From assembly GCA_016182185.1 (NCBI GenBank), contig JACOXU010000003.1, positions 57,974 to 121,973 on the forward strand: 64,000 nt of DNA. Direction: 5' to 3'. Under the pieces are notes generated by a model. That model was given only the letters and a program-made list of their open reading frames with translations. It had not been told where the DNA came from and searched no databases. Source of the stretch: Candidatus Levyibacteriota bacterium (GTDB lineage: Bacteria; Patescibacteriota; Microgenomatia; Levybacterales; UBA12049). Position numbers and translations under genes: made by a program. Below are positions 18,904 through 27,224 of the stretch, piece by piece. Position 1 is the first letter of the stretch. Each line of letters begins with the position of its first letter.

Positions 18904-18959
18904 TTATTAAATTATACCAAAACATAAACATATAGATATATTTAATTTAAATGTATCTT

Positions 18960-19211
18960 TCAAGTATGTCTCATGAGTCTTCCTATATATATCAGAGCTG
19001 CTGATCCCAATACTGCTACTACAAGACTGTATATGTTAAAACCCATAATTCCCGGCTGTCCAAATAAACCAAAAATTAATCCTCCAACAACTGCTCCTGC
19101 AATTCCGAAGAAAAGATCTTCAAGAAATCCCTGCTTGGCATTAGTCCGCATCATCACAGATGCTATCCAACCAGCCAGTGCGCCTAAAATAATCCAAAGT
19201 ATAAGTCCCAT
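18960..19211 (-). CDS. GlsB/YeaQ/YmgE family stress membrane protein
   Basis: WIILGALAGWIA...GIAGAVVGG...AVLGS. Confidence 0.9.
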   Translation of the reverse strand: MGLILWIILGALAGWIASVMMRTNAKQGFLEDLFFGIAGAVVGGLIFGLFGQPGIMGFNIYSLVVAVLGSAALIYIGRLMRHT

Positions 19212-19260
19212 GTAAAAAATATCACCTCCCTCTTTATTCTTTCATTCTTTATGAAATCTT

Positions 19261-19779
19261 TTATATTATTCTTATCTGATCTACATTGAATCTTTGGAAA
19301 ATTTCCTTAATATTCTGGGTATCATTTTCAGAATGAGCAGGAACCGCCAATAGAACAGCTCCCTCTTTTATTTTCTTCTGATATTCCCTGGCAACCTCTT
19401 CAGGAAGTCCCAAACCAACAAGCGCTCCTACTAATCCTCCAGCCAAAACACCTGTCGCGGCACCTGAGATAGTCGTTGCCGCTGCTCCTGTAAGGCCTAG
19501 TGCGGCGGCGATTGGTCCTCCGACTAAAATCGCACCTACTCCAGGCAAAATAATCGCGCCAAGACCAACCAACAGTCCTGCCAGGCCTCCTAGTAATAAA
19601 CCTGCGCTTGCACCAAGAGCCGCATCTGTGACGACTGCCCCTCCTTTTGCACCCATGATTCCTTTTTCTTCTTTGATAACAATAGAAATATCTTTGGTAT
19701 TATAACCACTTCTTTCAAGTTCTATTATTGCCAAGTTAGCATTATGTCTTTCATTAAAAATTCCGATGAGAGTTTGCAT
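19261..19779 (-). CDS. general stress protein (YflT-like, glycine-zipper)
   Basis: A..ELERSGY...ISI, Gly/Ala zipper, GLGLPEEVAREY...G. Confidence 0.75.
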   Translation of the reverse strand: MQTLIGIFNERHNANLAIIELERSGYNTKDISIVIKEEKGIMGAKGGAVVTDAALGASAGLLLGGLAGLLVGLGAIILPGVGAILVGGPIAAALGLTGAAATTISGAATGVLAGGLVGALVGLGLPEEVAREYQKKIKEGAVLLAVPAHSENDTQNIKEIFQRFNVDQIRII

Positions 19780-19791
19780 ATTTGTTCCCTT

Positions 19792-19974
19792 CTATTTAAC
19801 CGGTGCTGTCAATACATCCCAAAAACTATAAATAAACGTTCTTTTTAAAACACCACTTAGGTAATTTTTAACTTTTACTTCAAACATCTTTACTCCTGTT
19901 AAAAGGAGTGCTGCGTTTATCCTTCCTATTGACTGTATGCTTATATTTGTAGAGCTTATACTTATACTTTTCAT
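19792..19974 (-). CDS. small hypothetical protein
   Basis: 60-aa ORF in line with the stress operon. Confidence 0.4.
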   Translation of the reverse strand: MKSISISSTNISIQSIGRINAALLLTGVKMFEVKVKNYLSGVLKRTFIYSFWDVLTAPVK

Positions 19975-20060
19975 AATTATGTATAAAATATAGAAAAGAA
20001 ATATGATACAAAAAGAAAATTAACGTAAGAAAAATGTAAAATTTACTTCGAGATTTTAAT

Positions 20061-20100
20061 AAAAATAGCGGGTAATCTTCATGCCCTAGATTACCCGCTA
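20061..20100 (-). terminator. intrinsic terminator
   Basis: 13-bp perfect stem TAGCGGGTAATCT/AGATTACCCGCTA followed by T5 on the minus strand. Confidence 0.75.
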
Positions 20101-20125
20101 AACGGAGGCCCTTCTATAAAGTTTG

Positions 20126-20287
20126 TCATCTTTCTAGATCTTCCTCATCGATGTCCCCCGAGTCACTTTCTACACCGACGTTTTCCTCCATATCCTCTCC
20201 TCTGTAAGATGCCTGACCGCCCTTTGTTTGATCATCTTCCATTTCTTCGTGTTCCTCGTCTCCTCTTTTCTTTTTGTCTTGTGCCAC
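20126..20287 (-). CDS. small acidic protein with KGG motif (not in ORF track)
   Basis: SD GGAGGTG, GTG start; MAQDKKKRGDEEHEEMEDDQTKGGQASYRGEDMEENVGVESDSGDIDEEDLER; terminator downstream. Confidence 0.7.
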   Translation of the reverse strand: MAQDKKKRGDEEHEEMEDDQTKGGQASYRGEDMEENVGVESDSGDIDEEDLER

Positions 20288-20381
20288 TTTTTATCACCTC
20301 CTCTCTATAACCAGGCAATAATAAAGTTCGGCAGTAAATAACAAACGATAAAATTGTAAGAGTTGGGGAAGGAATAGAAGA

Positions 20382-21044
20382 TTAATCTTTTATAACGTAT
20401 CCAAAACCGCGAATTGAAGATATTAATTTTTTAGAACTATTGCTGTCTATTTTTTTACGAAGGTATCCTACATATACATCTACAACCCTGCTGTCAACAT
20501 CTAAGGAATATTGCCATACTCTATTTAGAATCATCTCTCGGGTAAGCACCTTACCTTTATTAACAAGTAAATAATGTAAAAGTTTAAATTCATGCGGTGT
20601 GAGAAATATTTGAATTCCATTTCTTGTTACAACGATTGATTTAGGATCAAGAATTAAATCATCTGCTTGAAGCTTCTTGTCTTGTTTATCTTTAAGCTTG
20701 ACTCTTACTCTCGCCAAAAGCTCTTCAAGTTCAAACGGCTTGGCGATATAATCATCTGCTCCCAAGTTAAATCCCCTGACGACATCTATTGACTGATTTC
20801 TTGCAGTAAGAATAATTACAGGAATATCGGGATAAAGTTTTTTCACTTCCTTCAAGACTGCCTCTCCTGTAATCTTTGGCAACCCTAGGTCAAGAATAAT
20901 AAGATCAGGCTGATTTTTTTTGGTTGATTGCAGTGCCTCTGCTCCATCCTCTGCTGTCTCAACATAATAATGACCATCAGACAAAAAATCTTTAATAGTC
21001 TCCCTTATTGTTTTATCGTCCTCAGCAATTAGAATTTTTTTCAT
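20382..21044 (-). CDS. OmpR-family response regulator
   Basis: REC domain (EDD, LDLGLP, KPF) plus winged helix (VVDVYVGYLRKK, RGFGY). Confidence 0.95.
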   Translation of the reverse strand: MKKILIAEDDKTIRETIKDFLSDGHYYVETAEDGAEALQSTKKNQPDLIILDLGLPKITGEAVLKEVKKLYPDIPVIILTARNQSIDVVRGFNLGADDYIAKPFELEELLARVRVKLKDKQDKKLQADDLILDPKSIVVTRNGIQIFLTPHEFKLLHYLLVNKGKVLTREMILNRVWQYSLDVDSRVVDVYVGYLRKKIDSNSSKKLISSIRGFGYVIKD

Positions 21045-21079
21045 ATCAATTTAGCATAAGGCTCGCATATTATACCAAA

Positions 21080-21451
21080 TTACGATATGTTCTTCCTGAT
21101 AGCTTCAAATAAGATTTCTCTTTGAAAGGGCTTTGGAATGAATTCATTTACCGCTAGTTTCTCCGCCATGAGCTTTGCCTGCATACTTGCCGATATCAAA
21201 AGTATTGGTAATTTATCTCCGGCAATTGATCGTAATTTACTGACAATCTCCGCTGCATTTTCTCCCGGCAGAAAATAATCCAATATTACAATATCGGGTT
21301 CATCTTCTTTTGCTTTTTCAATTGCATCTTTTCCGTTTGTAAAAATTTTAACTTCGTAGTCTTCTTCTCTTATCATTTCTTCCATCACCTGTAAGATTGA
21401 GGTATCATCATCGATAATAAATACTTTATTTTTACCTAGGAAATCATTCAC
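21080..21451 (-). CDS. single-domain response regulator
   Basis: IIDDD, ILDYFLP, ISA, KPF. Confidence 0.9.
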   Translation of the reverse strand: MNDFLGKNKVFIIDDDTSILQVMEEMIREEDYEVKIFTNGKDAIEKAKEDEPDIVILDYFLPGENAAEIVSKLRSIAGDKLPILLISASMQAKLMAEKLAVNEFIPKPFQREILFEAIRKNIS

Positions 21452-21590
21452 ACCCTAGTCTAGTTCCCGCTTACAAATATTTTTGTAATATAAGTGTAAG
21501 AAAAAGGTAAGAGCCATATTCCCTTTCAAAAAATAGTATTTGATTTAAATTATTTTTTGATTAAAATAGACTAGTCTATTAATCCAGGAC

Positions 21591-22787
21591 ATGGTATATT
21601 TTGATATGATGAAATCAATTTTACCTTTTGGAAAAATTGGGATTAAAAATAAAAAAACTTTCTATCGATTTTTACTGGACCATATACTCGCAGTTGTCTT
21701 GCCTCTAGCAGGTCTTGTTCTTGCAATGCAAATTGGTCCTCCCTTTACAACCAGCGCATCATATCTTTTTTTCGCGCCTCTTGTTGCCCTAAGTGCATGG
21801 AATGGCGGGGTAAGTGCCGGGACTCTCTCAACTATTATTGGGGCAGCTGCAATGTATTACTTCTTTTTATCCCCGGAAAAATCTCCTTTAGTATTTGATC
21901 TTTATGATGTTATTCAAATTATTTTAGTAATAATAGAAGGTACCTTTATAAGTTTTCTTATAGACATTGGAAAAAGAAAAGATAAAACACTTGAGTACAA
22001 AAAACTAATTAGAGAGCTCCGTATGGAAGTAGTAAATCTTGAAGAGGAGAGTAAAAAACGTTTAAATGAACTTAGATCGCGGGACGAATTTATTTCTATT
22101 GCTTCTCATGAGCTCAAGACCCCCCTCACATCGATGCTTCTTCAAACACAAACGGCTCTTCATAATATCCGCAATGTTTCACTTGCGCATTTCTCTATTG
22201 AAAGTCTTCTCAAAATGCTTGAAAGTGTTGAAGATCAAACAAAAAGACTTTCAAAAATGATTAATGATTTGCTTTCTGTTTCTGTAGTCGCAACCAGAAA
22301 AATTAATCTTGAATATGAAAAAATTGATTTTAATAAGTTGGTGGAGAACGTTTTGAACGACTTCTCTGAGCGAATAAGACGCGAAAATTATGTAGTAATT
22401 TATGATGCAAAAGAAAAGATCACTGGTAATTGGGATAAGATAAGAATAGCGCAGGCAATTTCAAACTTAATTTCAAACGCAATTAAATATGGCGATCACA
22501 AGCCAATTCAAATAAAGTTAAGAAAAAATCGAAGCTTTGCAGAGTTTATCATAAAAGACGAGGGCATTGGGATCTCCAAACAAAATCAGAAATACATATT
22601 TGATCTTTTCCGAAGGGGCATTTCCAATAATCAATACAAGGGTTTGGGAGTCGGACTTTATATATCAAAGGAGATAATCAAAGCGCATGGGGGAAAAATC
22701 GAAGTAACAAGTAAGTTAGCTAAGGGAACAAAATTTACAATTAAACTTCCACTTGGAAAATTGCAACAAAGCCCTGAGAATAATTGA
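21591..22787 (+). CDS. membrane sensor histidine kinase (DUF4118-like TM region)
   Basis: Four TMs, ASHELKTPLT H-box, NLISNAIKY, DEGIGI, GLGVGL. Confidence 0.92.
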   Translation: MVYFDMMKSILPFGKIGIKNKKTFYRFLLDHILAVVLPLAGLVLAMQIGPPFTTSASYLFFAPLVALSAWNGGVSAGTLSTIIGAAAMYYFFLSPEKSPLVFDLYDVIQIILVIIEGTFISFLIDIGKRKDKTLEYKKLIRELRMEVVNLEEESKKRLNELRSRDEFISIASHELKTPLTSMLLQTQTALHNIRNVSLAHFSIESLLKMLESVEDQTKRLSKMINDLLSVSVVATRKINLEYEKIDFNKLVENVLNDFSERIRRENYVVIYDAKEKITGNWDKIRIAQAISNLISNAIKYGDHKPIQIKLRKNRSFAEFIIKDEGIGISKQNQKYIFDLFRRGISNNQYKGLGVGLYISKEIIKAHGGKIEVTSKLAKGTKFTIKLPLGKLQQSPENN

Positions 22788-22793
22788 CATAAA

Positions 22794-23050
22794 TTCTCCT
22801 CCAAAAACAAACACCCTGCTTATTTTCAAAGGAAAAGAGAGAAGAAATAATGAAAGGTAACGATGACCAGCTTGATTCAGACGCAATTGCCTGAGTAGCA
22901 GTCAAGGAAACCTGACAAAATTTTGTGAGCCTTCTCTCCTGGTAAATGTAATGGGAATAAGTTTGCATTGGAGTCTCCTTTCGGATTAACATGGCTGTTA
23001 ATTGATCCGCCAAACGCAGAGATTTGAGAGGGGGAACTCTCACACCTGCA
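22794..23050 (-). ncRNA. conserved structured 3' scaffold of cargo cassette B
   Basis: Homologous to 7285-7505; terminal hairpin 22794-22836, long hairpin 22837-22938, arms 22948-22963 and 23030-23050 complementary to the 5' scaffold. Confidence 0.7.
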
Positions 23051-24229
23051 CTAGCGGGGTTGTTGCTCCGTCTCGGGCGGAGGAGGTGAACCTGCAGGTA
23101 CAGGTTGCACCCTTGTGGTAGAAGCCGCTTCCTCATCGGATAGTGGCGTCCATCGGTCGGCGAGCTTTTTGGCAACGTCCGGCATGGTTGTGTATTCCAT
23201 CTCCTCCAAGGGAAGACGGTGGGGTTCGAATGGTCCGTGCTTACGCAGGTAGTCGGCGATATCGTTGGCCTCCTGGCGGACGTTGTCAAAACCCGGGTCG
23301 TCGAACATGTCGTTCGGGCCAATAAGCTTGCCGTTTGCAAGCTGAAATCCCAGCGACACGAGTCGCGGCGGGCCGTCGAAGCGGCTCGGGTGTGCGTCTT
23401 TCAAGCCAACAGGCATAAGCGGCCCATGGTGGGATCCGCGCATCCAGCCCTCAACTGTCCACGCAGTGGTGAACGGTTCGAGCACTTCGCCCACAGCCGG
23501 GAAATTTCCCTGACAGCGAACGATCATGGTCGGGTCGTCCTTGCCAACGTAGCGGCCGGCAATCATGGACAACTTGTCCGTGCTGGAACACGCAGCGATC
23601 TCACCGGAGTCACGATGGCGCACGCGCTTTACGGCGTAACGCTGTCCAGAACCGATGAAGACGAGCATGTCGTAGATCTCATCCGGCGCGTTAAGCGTGA
23701 CCTGCAGGTGCTCCTTGACGTCCTGGACTTCGAAGGAAAACCCTCCATGGAGTGGCGCTCCGATAACGAGCCCCGGCGTGTTGAACGGATCCGCGAACAT
23801 CTTGTAGAGCGGCAGGTTGAAAGCTCCGGCTGAGGTCTTGTCGCCCATGAAGACGATGATTGGCTCTGACGGCCGCTCGTCGATCTCCATTTCGGCCGAA
23901 CCGGGACCTGCTCCCTTGATGTTACCGCTGAATGCGTCCGTCAGAAGGTCCTGGCCTGCGCCGTAAAGCTTGAGCTTCTTGGCCAGTTCCGTACCCTTGA
24001 CAAACGTGTCCCACGCCAACTTGTGGATCTCTGTGTTGTTCTCGCCACGATCGTGAGTCATGATGAGAAACATGTCGTCTCCACAGTGGCTGACGTGACA
24101 ATCGACAAGAACTCCGGCCTGCTTTGCCTTCTCCAGCTCTTCACGACCGAGGTCGAGAATATCCGGATGAGACGAGCAGTGGCCGACCATTCCGCCGATA
24201 TCCGCTTTTATGACAGAAATTGTAACCAA
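23051..24229 (-). CDS. fbp: bifunctional fructose-1,6-bisphosphate aldolase/phosphatase (class V FBPase, archaeal type); GC-rich cargo B
   Basis: SVIKADIGG..GH, CGDD, KLYGAGQDLL, NIKGAGPG.AE, DPFNTPGL, YVGKDDP (Schiff-base Lys), GWMRGSH, FEPHRLP..EMEYTT; SD AAGGAGG before TTG. Confidence 0.95.
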   Translation of the reverse strand: MVTISVIKADIGGMVGHCSSHPDILDLGREELEKAKQAGVLVDCHVSHCGDDMFLIMTHDRGENNTEIHKLAWDTFVKGTELAKKLKLYGAGQDLLTDAFSGNIKGAGPGSAEMEIDERPSEPIIVFMGDKTSAGAFNLPLYKMFADPFNTPGLVIGAPLHGGFSFEVQDVKEHLQVTLNAPDEIYDMLVFIGSGQRYAVKRVRHRDSGEIAACSSTDKLSMIAGRYVGKDDPTMIVRCQGNFPAVGEVLEPFTTAWTVEGWMRGSHHGPLMPVGLKDAHPSRFDGPPRLVSLGFQLANGKLIGPNDMFDDPGFDNVRQEANDIADYLRKHGPFEPHRLPLEEMEYTTMPDVAKKLADRWTPLSDEEAASTTRVQPVPAGSPPPPETEQQPR

Positions 24230-24233
24230 AATT

Positions 24234-24420
24234 CCTCCTTGTTAGCTTTTGAATGGTGTAGATGTAAGAGTTCCCCCCGCCACTCGATAAACTTTATCAA
24301 AAGACGGGGAAAACCCTACTCTACCCAATTCATTTTCCAACTTATTCCATTACTTTTTAATGTGCAAAATGTTTACACCTTTTTGTACCAGCGATATAGA
24401 TACAGAAGATGAAAAACAAA
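24234..24420 (-). ncRNA. conserved structured 5' scaffold of cargo cassette B
   Basis: Same motifs in the same order as 8349-8535. Confidence 0.7.
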
Positions 24421-24422
24421 AT

Positions 24423-24431
24423 ATTATAACA
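24423..24431 (-). promoter_or_regulatory. extended -10 promoter for cassette B
   Basis: Perfect TGTTATAAT just before the 5' hairpin. Confidence 0.65.
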
Positions 24432-24450
24432 TATGATTTCACTTAGAAGA

Positions 24451-25428
24451 TTATTTTCTCTGAAAATAGTCGTAGGCGGCCTTGGAGACTTGAGCAATTA
24501 TTTCATTTGCTTCAAGTATTTTTTTAGTTTTTGTAAGAACTACTATTATATAATCTCCCCGACTAGTATAAACAATCCCTGCGTCATGCGAATATTCTCC
24601 CAACTCTCCAGTTTTATGGGCAACTATAGAATTTTGCGGTAAATATTTAGGAAGCTTACTGTTTAATTGTTGATTTTTTAAAAGCGCAAGCATTTCTATT
24701 GTGTTTTCATTTAGGTTTTTATTATCTTTATAAAGTTTTTCCAAAAATAAAGCCGTATCATATGCACTTGTAGTCGGCGATCCTCCTACTGTCCCTATTT
24801 TTGATTCATTGAGACCTTCAAGATTTAAATAAGAAGTGACACTTGAAAGTCTTATCTTTTCCGTAAGTAAAAGCGCCGAATAATTATCAGAAATTGTAAT
24901 CATCCGTCTTAGGGCTTCGCCCACCGGAAGCGTGATTTCCCCTTCTGTCAGCTCTGCGGATTCTGTGGCAATCTTAAATTTCTCATTCAGGACTTCAATT
25001 TTTTCTGTAAGCACATCTGTTTTTTTAAGCCTGCCTTCTTCAATCTGCTCAAAGACGACAGACATTATCCAGAGTTTATAAAGACTGGCGGTTTCGAACA
25101 ATTTATGCTCATTGAATGAATAATTTTCATTGGTTTTAAGATTAATAACAACCACGCTATAATCCCCTGCTTTATTTTTTAAAATATTATTTATAATAGT
25201 GTTAAGTTGATTTCCACGACCAAAGGTATCACGAAATGGAATACTTGAGAAAATTAAAGGATTTGCAAGCGGAGATATCAAGGGAGAATTGGTAAATTTT
25301 CCCAAAAAAGCAAAGAATAAGAAAAATAAAGAAATAAAAACTACAAATATAAAACTTATAAGACGGATTAATTTTTTTCCTGCACTTCTCTCACGTCTGA
25401 GACGGTAGACATACTGGTCATGCTGCAT
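24451..25428 (-). CDS. class A beta-lactamase-like serine hydrolase
   Basis: ASLYK (SxxK), SDN, HKTG; N-terminal TM. Confidence 0.85.
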   Translation of the reverse strand: MQHDQYVYRLRRERSAGKKLIRLISFIFVVFISLFFLFFAFLGKFTNSPLISPLANPLIFSSIPFRDTFGRGNQLNTIINNILKNKAGDYSVVVINLKTNENYSFNEHKLFETASLYKLWIMSVVFEQIEEGRLKKTDVLTEKIEVLNEKFKIATESAELTEGEITLPVGEALRRMITISDNYSALLLTEKIRLSSVTSYLNLEGLNESKIGTVGGSPTTSAYDTALFLEKLYKDNKNLNENTIEMLALLKNQQLNSKLPKYLPQNSIVAHKTGELGEYSHDAGIVYTSRGDYIIVVLTKTKKILEANEIIAQVSKAAYDYFQRK

Positions 25429-25488
25429 ACGAAATTGAAACTGCGTTATTGAAGATTATAGCAGATCACCTAAGATACTAGATTGAAA

Positions 25489-26028
25489 CTAGGCTGCTTT
25501 TTCAAGATTCTGGAACGCGCCGCTATTTGCCAGCAGTCTCAGATGCATCCAGCGCTCAACTTCTTCAGGCCTTAATCCTTCTGAGCCTAATGATTTTCTA
25601 TTTAAGCTTCGGTATTCCTCTAATAACTCTTCCGGGTTTGCTAATTCTTGTGCTACAACATTGCGATGATTTTGATATAATTTTTCTCTCTCAGCAAGTA
25701 AACCCTCTCTTTGGCCTTTTATAAACAAACCGTACTCAGCCATGTCTGTAAGCTCTCGTTTTCTTTTCACTTCTTCGGGCTCAAGATCACTTTCATATTG
25801 TTTTTGAGTCAATTTTCTAAACTCTTCTGAAAGATGCGCGTATTTGTCGCTTAAAGATTCTGGTGCAGCTGCGCTTTCAGTCGTTTGAACCGGCTGTACG
25901 GGCCCAATGCCTGGTGCTTGTGTTGTTGATATTGGTTCTGGAACAGGTGTTGGTGCAGTTGTTACTGCTTGTTCTGAACTTTGAACTGTAGGCGCTGTCG
26001 GTTCTGGACTGGTTATCGTATCTATCAT
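25489..26028 (-). CDS. hypothetical protein, P/T-rich N-terminus
   Basis: SD GGAGGTG; internal repeat EE(F/Y)R.L..K.....L.PEEV.R...L. Confidence 0.65.
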   Translation of the reverse strand: MIDTITSPEPTAPTVQSSEQAVTTAPTPVPEPISTTQAPGIGPVQPVQTTESAAAPESLSDKYAHLSEEFRKLTQKQYESDLEPEEVKRKRELTDMAEYGLFIKGQREGLLAEREKLYQNHRNVVAQELANPEELLEEYRSLNRKSLGSEGLRPEEVERWMHLRLLANSGAFQNLEKAA

Positions 26029-26053
26029 CTAAACACCTCCCTTCTCTAGATAA

Positions 26054-27178
26054 TTATTCTCTACCGGTTGTAATTATTATATCAAAATTTTCAATTGTTT
26101 GGTTTTTCAAAACATCGGGCTTGGAAGATATCTCATTTACAGCACCGTTAATTTCGCTTTGCATCTCATCGGAAACTCCATTTTTATATTGAATGACGGT
26201 AATTTCTTTTATCGCATCTGTATTGCCGGTTTCAATTTCAAGATATCCTAAATCTGCAAGTACACTTTCGATCGTCCCTGCCTGCCCCTCAATACCTGAG
26301 CCGTTCAGAATCTGAATCTTTACAGTTTCTCGAGTCAAGGATACAGAGCTGCTTGCTGAATTCAGAGCATTTTCAATGTCAGGAGAAAGAGTTGGAGTTG
26401 CTGTCGGCATGGCGGTTAAAGAAGCACTGTCGGTTGCCGAAGTATTTTTCCCTCCTCCAAATGGATTGTTGATAATTCCTAAACTTATTAATGTGTATGA
26501 TAACGCACCTATCAAAATAGCAACTGAAATAATAAGCATTAGATATTGCTTGATTGATTGATGGGGTTTCAATTCCTCATCTTCCTCATCTTCATCTGGT
26601 GCATCTTCAACTGCCTCCATTTCGTTTTCAAGCGAAAGAAAATTTCCGACTTCAAGTGCCTTTGACTCTTTTCTTATCTCATTAAGAAGCGCTTGGGACA
26701 ATTCGTTATTAACCGAACTATTAGTAAAAAGCGTTACGGAAGCAACAATCGGAACGCCGAATCCGTTTTGACTAAAAATACCTACAACAGACTCATAGAA
26801 ACTTCTATTTGTAGCAAAGATAATTTCGTCTTTACCCATAGGAATGGTTTTTATAACAACTCGGAATTTTGCAAGTGGAAGAGATTTTATGAATTCTTCC
26901 TCGCTCTTCTCTTTTTCTCGGGTTTTGATTTTGGAGATTACCTTTGAGTAAACGAGATTACTTGAAAGAATCATAATAACATCTTTTTTTTCTTTCTCGG
27001 TAAATTGCGCCAGGAAACCTGCTATCAGACTCTCAAATTTTTTTTCATTTAATATTTCCTGGTATGAAGAAATTTCAGAAGGAAATGTGAGTTTTAAGAA
27101 TTCTTTTCTTTTGGTTTTATAAAAGACAAGACCGTTTTGGGTAAGAAAAACTACAATCTTTTTACTAAAAAGACCCAT
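26054..27178 (-). CDS. membrane protein with LytR C-terminal domain (N-terminus possibly PilM/GspL-like)
   Basis: IQILNGSGIEGQAG...GN...TVIQY...DIIITTG; single TM; ends the pilus locus. Confidence 0.65.
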   Translation of the reverse strand: MGLFSKKIVVFLTQNGLVFYKTKRKEFLKLTFPSEISSYQEILNEKKFESLIAGFLAQFTEKEKKDVIMILSSNLVYSKVISKIKTREKEKSEEEFIKSLPLAKFRVVIKTIPMGKDEIIFATNRSFYESVVGIFSQNGFGVPIVASVTLFTNSSVNNELSQALLNEIRKESKALEVGNFLSLENEMEAVEDAPDEDEEDEELKPHQSIKQYLMLIISVAILIGALSYTLISLGIINNPFGGGKNTSATDSASLTAMPTATPTLSPDIENALNSASSSVSLTRETVKIQILNGSGIEGQAGTIESVLADLGYLEIETGNTDAIKEITVIQYKNGVSDEMQSEINGAVNEISSKPDVLKNQTIENFDIIITTGRE

Positions 27179-27224
27179 ATATTAAATGTAGCATTTCCAG
27201 AAAAAAAATCAAAGAGGAATATAT

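Noticed and set aside
22741-23340. 199-aa minus-strand ORF overlapping the fbp end and 3' scaffold
   Set aside because: Alternative frame of GC-rich fbp running through the scaffold; no equivalent frame in cassette A and no RBS.
24451-25428. Antibiotic-resistance beta-lactamase
   Set aside because: Motifs support only the serine hydrolase fold; it is membrane-anchored with no clear class A omega-loop E166 motif, so a cell-wall peptidase is equally likely.
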